64,000 nt of DNA from an uncultured delta proteobacterium (GTDB taxonomy: Bacteria; Myxococcota; Myxococcia; Myxococcales; Anaeromyxobacteraceae), in contig CAVYBH010000002.1 in the NCBI GenBank assembly GCA_963766715.1, forward strand, positions 1-64,000, in the 5' to 3' direction. The notes under the pieces were generated by a model. It did no database searches and was not told where the DNA came from. It worked only from the letters and a program-made list of their open reading frames with translations. Both the position numbers and the translations under genes were made by a program. Below are positions 30,585-41,131 of the stretch, one piece after another (within the stretch, counting starts at the first letter, position 1; every line of letters starts with the position of its first letter).

Positions 30585-31775
30585 ATGCCCGGCTACGAGA
30601 TGTGGGGCGCCGAGGAGCGGCGCGAGGTGGAGGAGGTCCTCGAGACCGGCATCCTCATGCGCTACGGGTTCGACGGCGCGCGAAAGGGGCGATGGAAGGC
30701 CCGGGAGCTGGAGGCGGCGCTCTGCCAGCGGACGGGCGCCTCGCACGCCCAGGTCGTCTCGAGCGGCACGGCCGCCCTGACCACCGCGCTCGCCGCGCTG
30801 GGCGTGGGCGCCGGGGACGAGGTGGTCATGCCCACCTTCACCTTCGTCGCCAGCTTCGAGGCCGTCCTCTCGGTCGGAGCCACGCCGGTCCTGGCCGACG
30901 TGGACGACACGCTCACCCTGTCGCCGGCGGCGGCCCGCGCCGCGATCACGCCGCGGACCCGGGTGGTGATGCCCGTCCACATGTGCGGCGCCATGGCCGA
31001 CCTGGGCGCGCTCGACGCGCTCTGCCGCGAGGAGGGGCTCGCGCTGCTGGAGGACGCCTGCCAGGCCACCGGCGGCACCTGGCAGGGAAGGGCGCTGGGC
31101 TCGGTCGGCAAGGCCGGCTGCTACTCGTTCGACTTCGTGAAGACCATCACCTGTGGCGAGGGGGGCGCCGTCGTCACCTCCGATCCCGACGTGGCCCGCC
31201 GCTGCGACCAGTACGCGGATCACGGGCACGACCACCTCGGGGTCGATCGGGGCGCCGACCTGCACCCCTTCCTGGGATACAACTTCCGGATCTCCGAGTT
31301 GCACGCCGCGGTGGGGCTGGCCCAGATTCGCAAGCTCGACCGCTTCCTGGAGATCCAGCGCCGCAACAAGGCGGCCCTCCGGGGCGCGCTCGCCGCCGTG
31401 CCCGGCGTCACCTTCCGGCGCATCCCCGATCCGGCCGGCGACAGCGCATCCTTCCTGTCCTTCTTCCTGCCCGACGAGGCCCGGGCCCGCGCCGCCGCGA
31501 AGGCCATCCAGGGCGCCGGGATCCCGGCCATGTACTGGTACGACAACAACTGGCACTACGTGCGTCGCTGGGACCACCTCAAGTCGGCCGCCTCGCCCAG
31601 CCCGCTCCCGGCCCCCGTGCGCACCGCGCTCGCCGCGCTCGCCGCGCGGCCGTTCCCGGCCTCCGACGCCGTGATGGCCAGGGCCATCTCGACGCCCATC
31701 GCGCTGTCCTGGAGCGAGGCGCAGGTCGCCGAGCGCGCCGCCAAGCTCGCGGCCGCGGTGGCCTCCGCCGCCTAG
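30585..31775 (+). CDS. kdnA: 8-amino-3,8-dideoxy-manno-octulosonate transaminase KdnA (DegT family)
   Basis: MPGYEMWG, SFDFVKTITCGEGG, DHGHDH..DRGA, NFRISE, YWYDNNWHY; GGAGG RBS. Confidence 0.85.
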   Translation: MPGYEMWGAEERREVEEVLETGILMRYGFDGARKGRWKARELEAALCQRTGASHAQVVSSGTAALTTALAALGVGAGDEVVMPTFTFVASFEAVLSVGATPVLADVDDTLTLSPAAARAAITPRTRVVMPVHMCGAMADLGALDALCREEGLALLEDACQATGGTWQGRALGSVGKAGCYSFDFVKTITCGEGGAVVTSDPDVARRCDQYADHGHDHLGVDRGADLHPFLGYNFRISELHAAVGLAQIRKLDRFLEIQRRNKAALRGALAAVPGVTFRRIPDPAGDSASFLSFFLPDEARARAAAKAIQGAGIPAMYWYDNNWHYVRRWDHLKSAASPSPLPAPVRTALAALAARPFPASDAVMARAISTPIALSWSEAQVAERAAKLAAAVASAA

Positions 31776-31889
31776 CCCTCCCTCCTTCGAGCGTCGTCCC
31801 CCCCCGGCGGGCTGGCAGCGGAACGTTCCGCGCGCGCCTGGCGCGGTGGCGTGGCACGCCTCGCGACCCCTCGGTGTATTGCAGGGGAG

Positions 31890-31960
31890 GTCACCTCGTC
31901 CCGTGCCCGGGAGCATCCCGGACGGGGAAGGCGCCCTCGCGCCCAGCGGGACGAAGTGAC
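31890..31960 (+). promoter_or_regulatory. Long inverted repeat enclosing two hairpins in a 5' leader
   Basis: GTCACCTCGTCCCG (31890-31903) pairs with CGGGACGAAGTGAC (31947-31960) at 13/14; inner stems CCGGGA-gca-TCCCGG and GGCG..CGCC. Confidence 0.4.
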
Positions 31961-32003
31961 GCCATGCGCAGGCGCATCGGCTCCGAATCGAGAGAGGTCG
32001 AAC

Positions 32004-32398
32004 ATGCGACGTGCATCGAGCTGGTTGGCTGGCCTGGCCGTGGTGGGACTCGCAGCGTGCGGAGGGAGTGACGGAGGTGGAACCACGGGGGGCAGTTGCA
32101 CGCCCTCGCTCGCGTCGAACGTCTCGATCACCGCGGCCGGCGTGTCGCCCAAGGCCGTGTGCATCCTCCCGACCGGAACGGTCACGTTCACGAACAACGA
32201 CACCGTCCGCACGACATCGAGGCGGACGTCGGTTGCACGCCCCTGAACCTGGGCGCGATCGCGCCGGGCGCGAACAAGGTGGCGACGTTCCCGTGGGCCG
32301 CGACCTGCGCCTACCACGACGCGCTGAACGCGACGAACGCGCTCTTCCAGGGAACGGTGGCGGTGAGCCCCGCTCCGGTGACCGGTCCCGGCTACTGA
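32004..32398 (+). CDS. Cupredoxin-fold-like lipoprotein, frameshift ~32210
   Basis: Lipobox LAAC; VSPKAVCI..GTVTFTNND..HDI..IAPG..TF..CAYHD..FQGTVAV. Confidence 0.6.
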
Positions 32399-32405
32399 GC
32401 CGACG

Positions 32406-33053
32406 ATGAACGCGGCCCGGCGACTTCCCTGGCTCGCCGTCCTCGCGGCCACGTGGCTGGCTCCGGCGGAAGCGGCCCACGCCAGCCCGAGCCGGTGGTC
32501 GGCGGCCCCTGGCCGGAGCCGGATCACGGTCCACGTCTACAAGAAGGGCTTCCTCTCCGGCATGGCCCACGACCATCACTTCGCCGCCGGGAGCTTCCGC
32601 GTCACGGCCACCTCGACGGAGCGGCGCCCGCCCAGGCGAGGTTCGAGGTGACCATCGCCGCCGGCTCGCTCCGGGACCAGCAGCCGGACCTCTCCGACGA
32701 GGACCGCGCCAAGGTGGACGCACAGGCGGCCGGCGCCGACGTGCTCGACGCCGCCCGCTTCCCGGAGATCCGGTTCGCGCCGGAAGGTCCGGCCGAGTCG
32801 GTCGCTCCGGCTCGAGCCGGACGGCAGCATCGACGGCGAGCTGGCCGGGACGCTGTCCCTGCGCGGCAAGCAGCATCCGGTCGCCGTCCGGGTGCACGCG
32901 ACGAAGGAAGGGGAGGCCTGGCACGCGCGAGGCTCTGCCCGGTTCAAGCAGAGCGACTTCGGCATCGAGCCGTACAGCGGCTTCCTGGGCGCGGTCGCCG
33001 TCCACGACGAGATCCTGGTGGAGTACGACCTGGTGCTGGACCAGGCCGGGTGA
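32406..33053 (+). CDS. YceI family periplasmic binding protein, frameshifted
   Basis: Signal peptide; ITVHVYKKG..AHDH; VLDAARFPEIRF; GTLSLRG; FKQSDFGIEPY. Confidence 0.8.
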
Positions 33054-33112
33054 GAGGCGGTCGGGCGTCCGCCCGCCACAGCAGGGCCTGGGGGCCCGGA
33101 GGAGGACGGGAG

Positions 33113-34240
33113 ATGAGCCGGAAGATCCTTGGAAGGGTCGCGATCCTGACGGGAGCGGTCGCGATGGCGCTCGCCGGATGCTCGGCCAGCACGGCCGACC
33201 TTCAGCCGCTCGCGTGGCAGAAGGTGCAGGGCCCCGGGCCTGGCGGCGCCCTGCTCGGCCTCGACGGGGCGGGAACCTTCGACGAGCGCGCGAATTTCAC
33301 GGTAAGTGCGTTCAAGGACGCCGGCGTCTACTACCTCTACTACGGGGGCAGCGATGCCACCGGGGCCTGCGCCGGCATCAACGGGTCGCACTGGCGCGTC
33401 GGGCTCGCGCAGTCCACCGACGGCGTGAACTGGACCCGCGTCCCGGGTGTCGAGACCGGCGGCGCAATCCTGGACAACGGGAGCCCGGGCCAGTTCGACG
33501 AGTTCCTCACCTACCGCCCGTTCGTGCTCAAGGACGGGGCCGTGTTTCGCATGTGGTACAACGGCAGCACCGAGCCCTTCAACTGTCCCATCGGCACGCT
33601 CGCGCTCAACCGGCGAATCGGCTACGCGGATTCGTCCGACGGGATCCACTGGACCAAGCACTACGACGGTCCGGGCCCGGGAGGCAGCGTCCTGCCGCTC
33701 GGCGCAACCGACGCCATCGACGGTCAGCAGGTCGGGTACGTCTGGGTCCTGAAGGACGGCGCGCAGTACAAGATGTACTACTCCGCCAACGACTCCGGGA
33801 ACTTCTGGCGCGTCGGCCTCGCGGTCTCCACCGACGCCCGCACCTGGACCAAGGTGCCCGGCAAGCTGGCCAACGGCTCCATCCTGGACCTGGGTCCGGC
33901 GGGCAGCTTCGACGCGGCCTGTGCCTACCAGCCGTCGGTCGTGAAGGAGCGGGAGAACCTCTACCGCATGTGGTACCGCGCCTGCGCGGCGCCCGGGAGG
34001 TTCGGCGGCCCGAGCGGCGGCGTCATCGGCTATGCCGAGTCGAACGACGGGATCACCTGGGTCAAGATCCCGCAGCCGGGCCCGAGCGGCGAGGCCCTCG
34101 GGCCGGGCGCGGCCGGCCAGTTCGACTCCGGCGGCCTGACCACGCCCTCCGTGTTCATCGACGGGAATGGCTGGGCCATGTACTACGCCGGCTTCGACAC
34201 GGCGGGGCAGTTCCTCAGCGGTCTGGCCAGGGCGCCCTAG
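33113..34240 (+). CDS. Five-bladed beta-propeller glycoside hydrolase-like lipoprotein (GH32/43/130-like)
   Basis: Lipobox LAGC; about 5 repeats of G.FD..P.V.KDG..Y.MWY..RIGYA.S.DG..WTK. Confidence 0.75.
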   Translation: MSRKILGRVAILTGAVAMALAGCSASTADLQPLAWQKVQGPGPGGALLGLDGAGTFDERANFTVSAFKDAGVYYLYYGGSDATGACAGINGSHWRVGLAQSTDGVNWTRVPGVETGGAILDNGSPGQFDEFLTYRPFVLKDGAVFRMWYNGSTEPFNCPIGTLALNRRIGYADSSDGIHWTKHYDGPGPGGSVLPLGATDAIDGQQVGYVWVLKDGAQYKMYYSANDSGNFWRVGLAVSTDARTWTKVPGKLANGSILDLGPAGSFDAACAYQPSVVKERENLYRMWYRACAAPGRFGGPSGGVIGYAESNDGITWVKIPQPGPSGEALGPGAAGQFDSGGLTTPSVFIDGNGWAMYYAGFDTAGQFLSGLARAP

Positions 34241-35020
34241 ATGCCGGGGCTCCGTCGCGCCCTGTGGATCCTGCTCGCGGTGGCCGCCGCGGGCCCGGCG
34301 AGCGCGCAGACGATGCTCGACCAGGAGCAGCGGCTCATCCAGATCCACTCCCTGCTCCTGGACCTGCCGCCGGTCCAGGCGCCGGGCGCGCTCTCCCCCG
34401 GCCAGCTCAGCCTGGGGCTGGAGCTCATCGGCATCCCGTACATCGACGGCACCACGGGCGGGAAGGTCCAGATCACCGCCTCCGATCGGACCCGGATCTT
34501 CCCGCGCCCGCGCATCGCGCTGGGGCTGCCGGCGCCGGAAGGCTTCCGGACCTTCGTCGGCCTCTCGTACATCCCGCCGATCCCCATCAACGGCGTGAGC
34601 ACCAACTACTTCGGGCTCGAGGCGGGCATCGCGTACGCTCCGGGCGACCTGGCGATCGGGCTGCGCGGGCACGGCGTGTACGCGTTCTCGAAGTCTCCCG
34701 TCACCGATCCGGCGACCAAGGACACGCTCGAGACCTGGGAGTTCGGGGCCGATCTCTCGGCGGGCTACCGCTTCGACCTGGGTCCGGTCAGCCTGACGCC
34801 CTACGCGGGCGCGGGCGTGGTCTACCTCGACGGGCACTTCACGGTGACGAGCGACGGCGTGCTCCTCCAGAGCCAGTACACCGGCCTCTCGCTGGAGGCG
34901 GGGCTCCGCCTGGTCATCGTGAAGCACTGGGAGGTGGTCGGCGAGGTGGACGCCTACCCCGGGCGCCTCGTCCACGTCGGCGTGCTCCTCGGCTACGCCT
35001 TCAACCTCTGGGGCCCGTAG
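34241..35020 (+). CDS. Putative outer-membrane beta-barrel protein
   Basis: Signal peptide; alternating amphipathic strands (LTPYAGAGVVY, VLLGYAF); starts directly after the previous stop. Confidence 0.6.
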   Translation: MPGLRRALWILLAVAAAGPASAQTMLDQEQRLIQIHSLLLDLPPVQAPGALSPGQLSLGLELIGIPYIDGTTGGKVQITASDRTRIFPRPRIALGLPAPEGFRTFVGLSYIPPIPINGVSTNYFGLEAGIAYAPGDLAIGLRGHGVYAFSKSPVTDPATKDTLETWEFGADLSAGYRFDLGPVSLTPYAGAGVVYLDGHFTVTSDGVLLQSQYTGLSLEAGLRLVIVKHWEVVGEVDAYPGRLVHVGVLLGYAFNLWGP

Positions 35021-36059
35021 AGCCGGGGCTCCGCCGGGCCACAGCATCGCCGCAGCGTCGTCGGCCACGGTGGACGCGGCCAGTTCCGTCATGCAGCGGT
35101 GGTGCCCCTTGGGGCAGCGGGCTCCGCCGTGGTTGGAGCACGGGGCGCAGTCGATGGGGTGGGTCACGGCCTTCCCGGGCGGGGGCGGTCCCCAGCGCTC
35201 GGGGGAGGTCGGGCCGAACACCGCCAGCACCGGCGTCCCGACCGCGGTGGCCAGGTGCACCGGACCGGAGTCGCAGGCCACGAGCAGGTCGACCGCTGCG
35301 AGGCCAGCCGCGAGCCCCTCGACCGGGAGACGGGTGAGATCGCCGCTCGATCGGGGCGCGGCAGGCGGCGCGGAATCCGGCCAGGGCCGCCTCGTCGGCG
35401 GGACCCCCGGCGAGCACGATGCTCGCCCCCCGCGCGGCGAGCGCGTCCGCCACCGCGGCGAAGCGCTCGGGCGCCCAGAGCTTGGTGGCCTGGCTCGCCC
35501 CGGGCGCCACCGCGACGCGCGGCCGTCTCGCCCCGGCGAGCGCCGCCGCCGCCGCGTCCCGGGCGTCGCCCGGGAGCGCCACCTGGATGCGGCCAGGCCG
35601 GTCGACGCCGAGCGGGCGGAGCACGTCGGCGTAGAGCTGGGTGGCGCCCGGGCCGCGCACCGGCGGGTCCACGCCCAGGAGCGCCAGCGCCGATTGCCCG
35701 GGCGTGCGGCGCCGGAACACGAGCTGCCTGCGCCCGGCGGCCCGGGCCACGATGGCGCTCTTCACCTTGTTCTGGAGGTCGATGGCCAGGTCGAAGCGGC
35801 CGCGCAGCTTCACGGCCAGCTCGACCGCCTCGCGCAGCCCGCCCCGGCCGAGGCGGTGCACGCGGGCGAGCCCGGGAAGACCCTCCAGGAGCGGCGCATA
35901 GGCCGGGGAGGTGACCCATTCGATCCGGGCGTCCGGAAAGCGCGCCCGCAGCGGCTCGAGCACCGAGGTGGCGAGCACCACGTCGCCGAGCGCGCTGTAG
36001 CGGATGACGAGGACGGAGCGCAACGAGGTCTTGTACCGGCGGAGGCGCGCGGCGCGCAA
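35001..36059 (-). CDS. GT9 glycosyltransferase (LPS heptosyltransferase-like), frameshifted; ends approximate
   Basis: VIRYSALGDVVL, FDLAIDLQ, APGAS..KLW, DSGPVHLATAVGTP..FGPTSP, CAPC..C..HHRCM. Confidence 0.85.
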   Translation of the reverse strand: MRAARLRRYKTSLRSVLVIRYSALGDVVLATSVLEPLRARFPDARIEWVTSPAYAPLLEGLPGLARVHRLGRGGLREAVELAVKLRGRFDLAIDLQNKVKSAIVARAAGRRQLVFRRRTPGQSALALLGVDPPVRGPGATQLYADVLRPLGVDRPGRIQVALPGDARDAAAAALAGARRPRVAVAPGASQATKLWAPERFAAVADALAARGASIVLAGGPADEAALAGFRAACRAPIERRSHPSPGRGARGWPRSGRPARGLRLRSGAPGHRGRDAGAGGVRPDLPRALGTAPAREGRDPPHRLRPVLQPRRSPLPQGAPPLHDGTGRVHRGRRRCGDAVARRSPGSTGPRG

Positions 36060-36087
36060 GGCGCCCCGGTGATAGGTTCAGCCTATC

Positions 36088-37081
36088 ATGCGCTCGAGTC
36101 CTCACCCCTTCACCCTCCGGCAGCTCCAGTACGCCGCCGCCGTGGCCGACCTGCGCTCCTTCCGCCGCGCCGCGGAGCGCTGCCACGTCTCCCAGCCGTC
36201 CCTCTCGGCCCAGGTGATCCAGCTGGAGGAGGCGCTCGGCGTCCGGCTCTTCGAGCGGGGCTCCCGCAAGGTGCTCATCACGGCGGCGGGCGAGGCGGTG
36301 CTGGCCCGGCTGCGCAGGCTCCTGCTCGAGGCCGACGACCTCTCCGACAGCGTCCGGCAGCTCGGCGACCCCCTCGCCGGCACGTTGCGGCTCGGCGTCA
36401 TCCCGACCGTCTCGCCGTACCTGCTCCCGGAGGTGGTTCCGGAGCTGCGGGCGCGCCATCCGGGACTGACGGTGGTGTGGGTCGAGGACAAGACCGAGAA
36501 CCTGGTGGAGGCGCTCCGGGACGGGCGGATCGACGGCGCGCTCCTGGCGCTCGAGGCGCCGCTCGGCGAGGTGGAGAAGGAGGTGGTCTGCGAGGACCCG
36601 TTCGTCCTGGTGGCCGCGCCCGGCCACCCGCTCGTGCAGTCCGACGCGCCGGCCACGCCACAGGACCTGCGCGGCACCGGGTTCCTGCTCCTCGACGACG
36701 GGCACTGCTTCCGCGACCAGGCGCTCGCGTACTGCGCCTCGGCTCGCGGCCGCGAGCTCGACTTCCGGGCCACGAGCCTCGGCACCCTGGCCCAGATGGT
36801 CGCGGGCGGCGCGGGCGTCACGCTGCTCCCCCGGCTCACGCTGCCGGTCGAGAACCGCCGCTCCGAGCTCGCGGTCCGCCGCCTCGCCAGCCCCGAGCCG
36901 CACCGCACGCTCGCGCTCGATCTGGCGCCCCCGCTCCCCGATCGGGCCGGCGCTGCGCCGGCTCGCCCAGACCATCCACGAGGCGTGCGTCCGCTCGGAG
37001 GAGCGGCTCGAGGCGCTGGTCGGAGGGCGGGGCGCTCCCGCCGCGAAGCCCCGGCGCGGCGCGGTGCGGACGCGCGTCTGA
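36088..37081 (+). CDS. oxyR: Peroxide-sensing LysR regulator OxyR, frameshift ~36920
   Basis: FRRAAERCHVSQPSLS; LGVIPTVSPYLLP; LLDDGHCFRDQALAYC (two Cys 9 residues apart); FRATSLGTL. Confidence 0.85.
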
Positions 37082-37201
37082 GCGGTCGCCAGCCCGGTTG
37101 CGAGCGATCCCCCCACCAGGGATGGGCGCCCCCCCTCCGGCACCGTAGGATCCCCGTCACGTTCGGTTTCACCACGCCGCACCGTCCGCAGGAAGGGGCA
37201 C

Positions 37202-38618
37202 ATGCACTGGCACTGGGCCTGGATCCTCCCCATCGCCAACTGGTCGATCCGGCTCTGGGCCATCTGGGCGGTCCCTCGCCGGCGGTCCCCGAACGCGGCC
37301 CGCGCCTGGCTGCTGCTCATCGTCCTGCTGCCGATCCCCGGGTTCGCCCTCTACTCGATCTTCGGGCGCGCCTACCTGCCGAGCAAGCGGCGGGAGCGGC
37401 AGAGGCAGGCCACCCGGCTCATCCGCGATTCCCCGGCGCTCGTCGGGGTTCCGGGCTCGGTGCAGGTGGGGGACGCGCAGCAGGCCACCGCGCACCTGGC
37501 GCCGGAAGCTGGGCGCCTTCCCGGTGGTGGCCGGCAACCGGGTCGAGCTGATCGACCACTACGAGACCTCGATCGACCGGCTCGTCGCCGACATCGACGC
37601 GGCGCAGGAGAGCGTGCACCTGCTCTTCTACATCTTCGAGCCCGATCGCCACCGGTCGCCGGGTGGCCGACGCCGTGATCCGCGCGGCCGGCCGCGGGGC
37701 CACCTGCCGCGTGATGATGGACGGCATGGCGTCGCGCCCCGGGCTGAAAGCAGCTGGCTCCCGGGCTGCGCGCCCACGGCGTGGAGGTGCTGTCGATGCT
37801 CACCCCGGGCACGCGCCAGGCCCGGCGCGACCTGCGCAACCACCGGAAGATCGCCGTCCTGGACGGACGGGTCGGCTACACGGGATCCCAGAACCTCGTC
37901 GACGCCTTCGACTACAAGGGGCGGGGACTCACCAACGAGGAGCTGATGGTCCGGGTCGAGGGGCCGGTGGTCCGGCAGCTCCAGGCCATCTTCCTCACCG
38001 ACCGCTTCCTGGAGGACGGAACGCGGGTCGACGTGGAGCCGGCTCTATCCTCCGGAGGCCACGGCCGGGACGGTCCGGGCGCAGGCGCTGCCGAGCGGTC
38101 CCACCTACGAGGCCGAGAACAACGAGCGCACCTTCGTCCAGATGCTCTACGGCGCCCGCAAGCGCATCGTGGTCACGTCGCCGTACTTCGTCCCCGATCG
38201 ACCGTTCGTGGAGGCCATGCAGGCGGGGGCCGCCCGCGGCCTGGAGGTCCACCTGATCACGCCCCGGCAGGCCGACCAGTGGCTGGTGCGGCTCGCCCAG
38301 GAGTCGTTCTACGAGGAGCTGCTGGCGGCCGGGGTCCAAATCCACCTCTACCGGCCGAGGTTCCTCCACGCGAAGCACCTGTCGGTCGACGACGACATCG
38401 CCGCCATCGGCTCCTCCAACATCGACATGCGATCCTTCACGCTGAACGAGGAGGCGGTGTTGATGTTCTACGACCAGGGCGTGGTGGCCGACCTGGCGCG
38501 CATCCAGGACCGCTACATCCGGGATTCCGACCTGCTCACGAAGGAGGAGTGGCAGCGCCGCAAGCCGCTCCGCCAGACGGCGCAGCAGCTGGCGCGGCTG
38601 GTCGACTCGCTGCTGTAG
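37202..38618 (+). CDS. cls: Cardiolipin synthase, several frameshifts
   Basis: Two N-terminal TM helices (AWLL..LP..G..LY..FG); HKD motifs RNHRKIAVLDG and LHAKHLSVDD; SPYFVP; GSSNIDMRSF. Confidence 0.85.
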
Positions 38619-38747
38619 CCGAGCGCATCCCCACCACGTCGCCGGGACCTCGCGACGGGCCAGAAGCTCGACAGGGGCAGGGATCGGGTGGACGATCCCG
38701 GGACGACTGGCCGGCGTCGGTGCAGCGGGACGGGGGCGGAGGCGGCG

Positions 38748-39472
38748 GTGGAGACTCGGGAAGATCTCGGACGCGACGGACGTGGAGCAGGCCCTCGACC
38801 TGCTCTTCGGCGCCAACCGCCCCACGGCCACCCACGGGGATACCTTCCGCCGGGAGGTCCGGGAGGCGTTCCGCCGGCGGCGCCCTCGACACGCACCCGG
38901 ATCGCGCCCAGGCGCTCGGCCGGAGCGAGGCCAGCCTCGCCGAGGACTTCCGGCACATCCTGGAGGCCTACCAGATCCTGTCGCGGGAGGAGGCCGTCCC
39001 GGCGCCGCGCCCGGTCGCGCAGCCACCCCGGGAGCGCGCCTCCCGCCCGCCCCGGGATCACGTTCACCGGGCGCCCTTGCCTCACCGGCCGCTGCTCTTC
39101 GCCGAGTTCCTCTACTACTCGGGCCGCGCCTCCTGGCGGAACCTGGTGGAGGCCGTGGCGTGGCAGCGGCGCCAGCGCCCCGCCATCGGGCGCATCGCGG
39201 TCGAATGGGGCCACCTCTCCGACGAGGAGGTCCGGGAGCTCCTCGACCAGCGCCGCCGGGAGGGGTCGTCCGCGGAGCCCTTCGGCGAGTACGCCCGGAA
39301 GAGGGGCTTCCTCTCGGCGGCCCAGCTCCTGGCCCTCCTCGGCCGGCAGCGGCGCCTGCAGCGCAGGATCGGCCAGTTCTTCGTCGAGTGCGGGATCCTG
39401 GCCGAGACCGAGATTCCCTCCCTCGACCAGGACCTGTCCCGCCACAACGCGCGGTGGCGCCGGAGCGCCTGA
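38748..39472 (+). CDS. J-domain (HPD) protein with C-terminal MshEN-like repeats; frameshift ~38882, start approximate
   Basis: VREAFRRR-LDTHPD...DFRHILEAYQIL, then repeats such as AIGRIAVEWGHLS, PFGEYARKRGFLSAAQLLALLGRQ and RIGQFFVECGIL. Confidence 0.7.
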
Positions 39473-39559
39473 GGCCGCGCCCCGTACGGGTGCAGTCCCC
39501 GGTGGAGCCCCTCCCGGCGGTACAATCCTCCTCTCTCCCACATCGCGGAGGCCAACCCG

Positions 39560-39853
39560 ATGGCGACCAGGGCCGAGTGGTTTCGCTACAACACCGAGCG
39601 CGCGGGGCCGAAGAAGGCGAAGCAGGTGAAGAAGCCCAAGCCAGGCCCGAAGCCGCACAACCTGGCCACGACCGACCGCAAGGCGCTCTACGCGTTCGAG
39701 GACTTCGCCCCCGGGGCCAGGCCGTCGCGGAAGTCGACGCGCAAGGGCTCGAACCGCCAGAAGACGGACGCCAAGTTCCGGCTCACGCGGGCCAAGTCCG
39801 AGGTGGTGCCGAGGAAGCCCGCCAAGCCGCGGGCCGGCGCCAAGAAGGGCTGA
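39560..39853 (+). CDS. Small highly basic hypothetical protein
   Basis: 97 aa, Lys/Arg-rich; GGAGG RBS; TACAAT at 39521. Confidence 0.75.
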   Translation: MATRAEWFRYNTERAGPKKAKQVKKPKPGPKPHNLATTDRKALYAFEDFAPGARPSRKSTRKGSNRQKTDAKFRLTRAKSEVVPRKPAKPRAGAKKG

Positions 39854-39957
39854 TCCCGCCCCGCCCGGGACGACGGGCCCCGCCGGGCCGTCTCCACGGA
39901 ACGTGGAAGCGGTCTAGACTGTGGGGCAACGTCGGGGTGAACCCAGGGAGGCGGTCG

Positions 39958-41128
39958 ATGGCGGCTTCGTTTGCGAGGTGGATGGCGCGGTGGTCCTGGG
40001 TCGCCGCGCTGGTCGTGGCCTGCGCCGGGGCCGGTTGCACGTCGTCCGGCAAGACCTGCCCGACCGGCCAGCTCGCCTGCTCGGGCGCCTGCATCGACCC
40101 GGCCACCGATCCCCTGCACTGCGGGTCCTGCAACACCGCCTGCTACTCCGGCTCGAGCTGCGTCGCCGGGGCGCTGCGAGTGCCCCGCCGCGACGCCCGA
40201 CACGTGCGGCATCCGGTGCGTGAACCTCCAGACCGACGCCGCGAACTGCGGAACCTGCGGCCACGGGTGTGGCCTGGGCCAGTGCGTGGGCGCCAGCTGC
40301 GTCTGCGACGTGAGCCCGGTCCTCCCCAACACAATCACGCTCTGTCCGCCCGGCGCTCCGACGACGGGCTCGTGCGTCGACACCGCCACGAACGGCGCCA
40401 ACTGCGGCGCCTGCGGAAACGTCTGCGTGCCGAACAACGTCTGCAGCTCGAGCACCTGCCAGTGCCTCTCGCCCAACACCGCCTGTCCGGGCGCGGTGCG
40501 CGGGATCGTCGATCTGCACCGACACCAGCACCGACCCCACCAACTGCGGCCTCTGCGGAAACGTCTGCTCGGCGGACCAGATCTGCAGCGGTGGCGCCTG
40601 CTCCCTGGCCTGCGCGAGCGGGCTCACGCTCTGCAACGGCAACTGCGTGAACCTCCAGAACGACGTCGCGAACTGCGGGGTGTGCGGGCGCACCTGCTCG
40701 TCCGGGCAGACCTGCTCGGCCGGCACCTGCCAGGCCGCCTGCGCCACCCGCACCTGCGGCACGACGTGCTGCGCCGACAACACGGCCTGCTGCGGGTCGT
40801 CGTGCCCGAACCGGCACCAGAACTTCATCGGGACGACCAGCGTGCAGACCTACTTCGACTGCACGCCGACCGGGACCTACACCGCGACGACGGCGGAGAC
40901 GGCCGCCCGGAAGTGGGCGCCGAACGGGCTCCAGCTCGAGCAACCTGTCCTGCCCGATGGTGGGCGGCGGCACGACCTGCTTCCAGCTGCAGAAGCCGAC
41001 CGCTCGGGATCGACACGGGCTGCGGCGTGTGGTGCTACCAGGGCCCCTTCGCCGGGACGCTCTCCGTCAGCCCAGACTTCATCTGCTCTTGCCCCACGAC
41101 GCCGCTGGGGACGAAGGACTGGGACTAG
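39958..41128 (+). CDS. Myxobacterial Cys-rich repeat lipoprotein (Stig1/MXAN_6577-like), frameshifted
   Basis: GGAGG RBS; lipobox GAGC; five repeats TDPLHCGSCNTAC, TDAANCGTCGHGC, TNGANCGACGNVC, TDPTNCGLCGNVC, NDVANCGVCGRTC. Confidence 0.8.
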
Positions 41129-41131
41129 CGG

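Noticed and set aside
31852..31866. TGGCAC as a sigma54 promoter
   Set aside because: The -12 position reads GA, not GC, at the required GG-N10 spacing.
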